Positions 62,601-64,000 of a stretch of DNA of 64,000 nucleotides are shown piece after piece. The notes below the pieces were generated by a model, which saw only the letters and a program-made list of their open reading frames with translations, made no database searches and had not been told where the DNA came from. The stretch is from positions 113,090,001 to 113,154,000 of the forward strand of contig NC_086108.1 of NCBI RefSeq assembly GCF_963921235.1. The letters are read 5' to 3'. The translations under genes and the position numbers were made by a program. This stretch comes from Mobula hypostoma. Its lineage: Eukaryota. The number at the start of each line of letters is the position of its first letter. Position 1 is the first letter of the stretch.

Positions 62601-64000
62601 CAATTTCCCAGGAGAGACAGCATGTGGTCCATTAGCTCCAATGGTTTAGCATCACTGAGATCGGGCAAGGATAGCAATTGCTTGGTGTGCTCAGACTCCG
62701 ATAGGGCAAAAGTCCGTAAAAGGTGAGTTTTCAGTGATCATTACTTATCTTATTCAGGCAGATGTTCTAGTAGTTTCACTACTCTCATAGCGGTGAAATT
62801 GCTGAGTGATGTTACCACATTTGGTGTTGTTGGCAATGATTTCTTGCAGCGCGAATTTGGCCCTGCCTTGTACAAACCAAGCAACAGCATTTTGCTCTCA
62901 AACTCCAGCAGTTTCAAAGTGACTGCATTGGCCAAAATGTTCAATAACTCTGGGATAGTCTTAGAGCATTGGGGTCACCAATATAGGTTTTCACAAATAA
63001 AAATGGCTGAGGCATTTTATGCTTAAGAAAACCCGTAGCAGCTCAGTTATTGTACTCCAAACACTGAACACAAAGCACGATAACAGTCCTTTATGTAATT
63101 ACATCATCATGTTAGTTCAGCCTCTTCAAGTGAAATCCCAACTTAATGTCGGGGGTTGTGAATTATGTACATTTCCACCAATTACGTTACCCTACAATAT
63201 ATCACCTTTCACCCTTAACCTTTAACCTCAAGTCCTAGTCTCAACCATGTTCTGTGGAACTTGGGAACTGGGCTATTGATCATAGAAAGAACATAGAAGT
63301 TTACAGTATTGGAAAGGGCCCTTCAGCCCATAGTGCCTGTGCTGAACGTGATGCTGAATTAATCTTTATTATCACTTTATCAACTACTTTATCATTTCCC
63401 GTCAGCCCCTCCAGTGTCTGGCATCGCTTTATGGACATACAATCAATCTATGTATAGAAGATATCTCATTTATTTATATTTATTGTGCTTTTATTAATAT
63501 AATGTTCTTTATTTTATTGTGTTTTTTTGTGCTGGAATGGATCTGGAGTAACAATTATTTTGTTTTCCTTTACACTTGTGTACAGGAGCTGACATTAAAC
63601 CATCTTGAATCGAAATCCCTTCTGTCCTCTCATTCATTATGCATTCATGTGTCTGTCTAACAGCCTCTAAATCACCTCTGTTGTAGTTGCTTCCACTCCC
63701 ACCCTGGCAGCCTGTATCGGACACCCACAACTCTCGGTGTAAAATAATTTGCCCCTCACATCCCCATTAAAATATCCCCTCTCACCTTAAACACATGTCT
63801 TCGAATATCTGACTGTCCCACCATGGAGAAAGGATTCTGACTGTCTACCTTCAAGATGGCACCTGTGTACAATGCTCCTCTGGTCAGCGTCTTCTGGATA
63901 GATCGTGAAACCATAAATTTCACTTCTTTTATGTTTGTTTATCATCTTGAATGTGATTTTGGAACTGCTGGAGCTTCTGATTTGCTGTTTGGGTGCTCCA

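Larger units (their letters stand above)
56163..63196 (-). mobile_element. Decayed Gypsy LTR retrotransposon with both LTRs
   Basis: Diverged LTR pair 56163-56367 and 62982-63196 (minus strand starts TGTAGG). PBS TGGTGACCCC at 62971-62980 is complementary to the tRNA-Trp 3' end. G-rich PPT at 56371-56392. Gag (AVTLKL), RT (LGLKNAAQ, CLDD), RNase H (IQHIKGKNNAMADCLS) and integrase remnants in Gypsy order. Confidence 0.88.

Noticed and set aside
37855..64000. Further upstream collagen exons
   Set aside because: No 45/54-bp Gly-X-Y block with AG/GT ends found by eye. Treated as one long intron, though a missed exon cannot be excluded.

Overview
Eukaryotic, repeat-dense vertebrate DNA. The CR1/Rex/Penelope/tRNA-SINE mix suggests a cartilaginous fish (inference). 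The window is the intron-rich middle of a minus-strand fibrillar collagen gene, most similar from memory to COL24A1. Ten tiny phase-0 Gly-X-Y exons (54 or 45 bp, all GT-AG) lie between 1347 and 37854 and splice into 174 aa of uninterrupted triple helix. I found no further exon in 37855-64000. The introns are mostly transposons: a full-length, open L1 with 15-bp TSDs (50172-56068); a 5'-truncated sister L1 inside a near-complete CR1; a decayed two-LTR Gypsy element; a hAT deletion derivative with 8-bp TSDs; a solo LTR; a Tc1 remnant; Penelope fragments with hammerhead-ribozyme cores; many CR1 and Rex fragments; and five minisatellites. The most unusual signals are the L1 inter-ORF spacer (inverted copy of the element's own 5' end, an acceptor-like site and a 77-codon ORF, in both copies), a hammerhead-bearing hairpin mini-element, and an unexplained diverged 140-bp duplication. 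There are no prokaryotic features. Boundaries of old repeats are approximate; family names come from motif recognition, not database searches.
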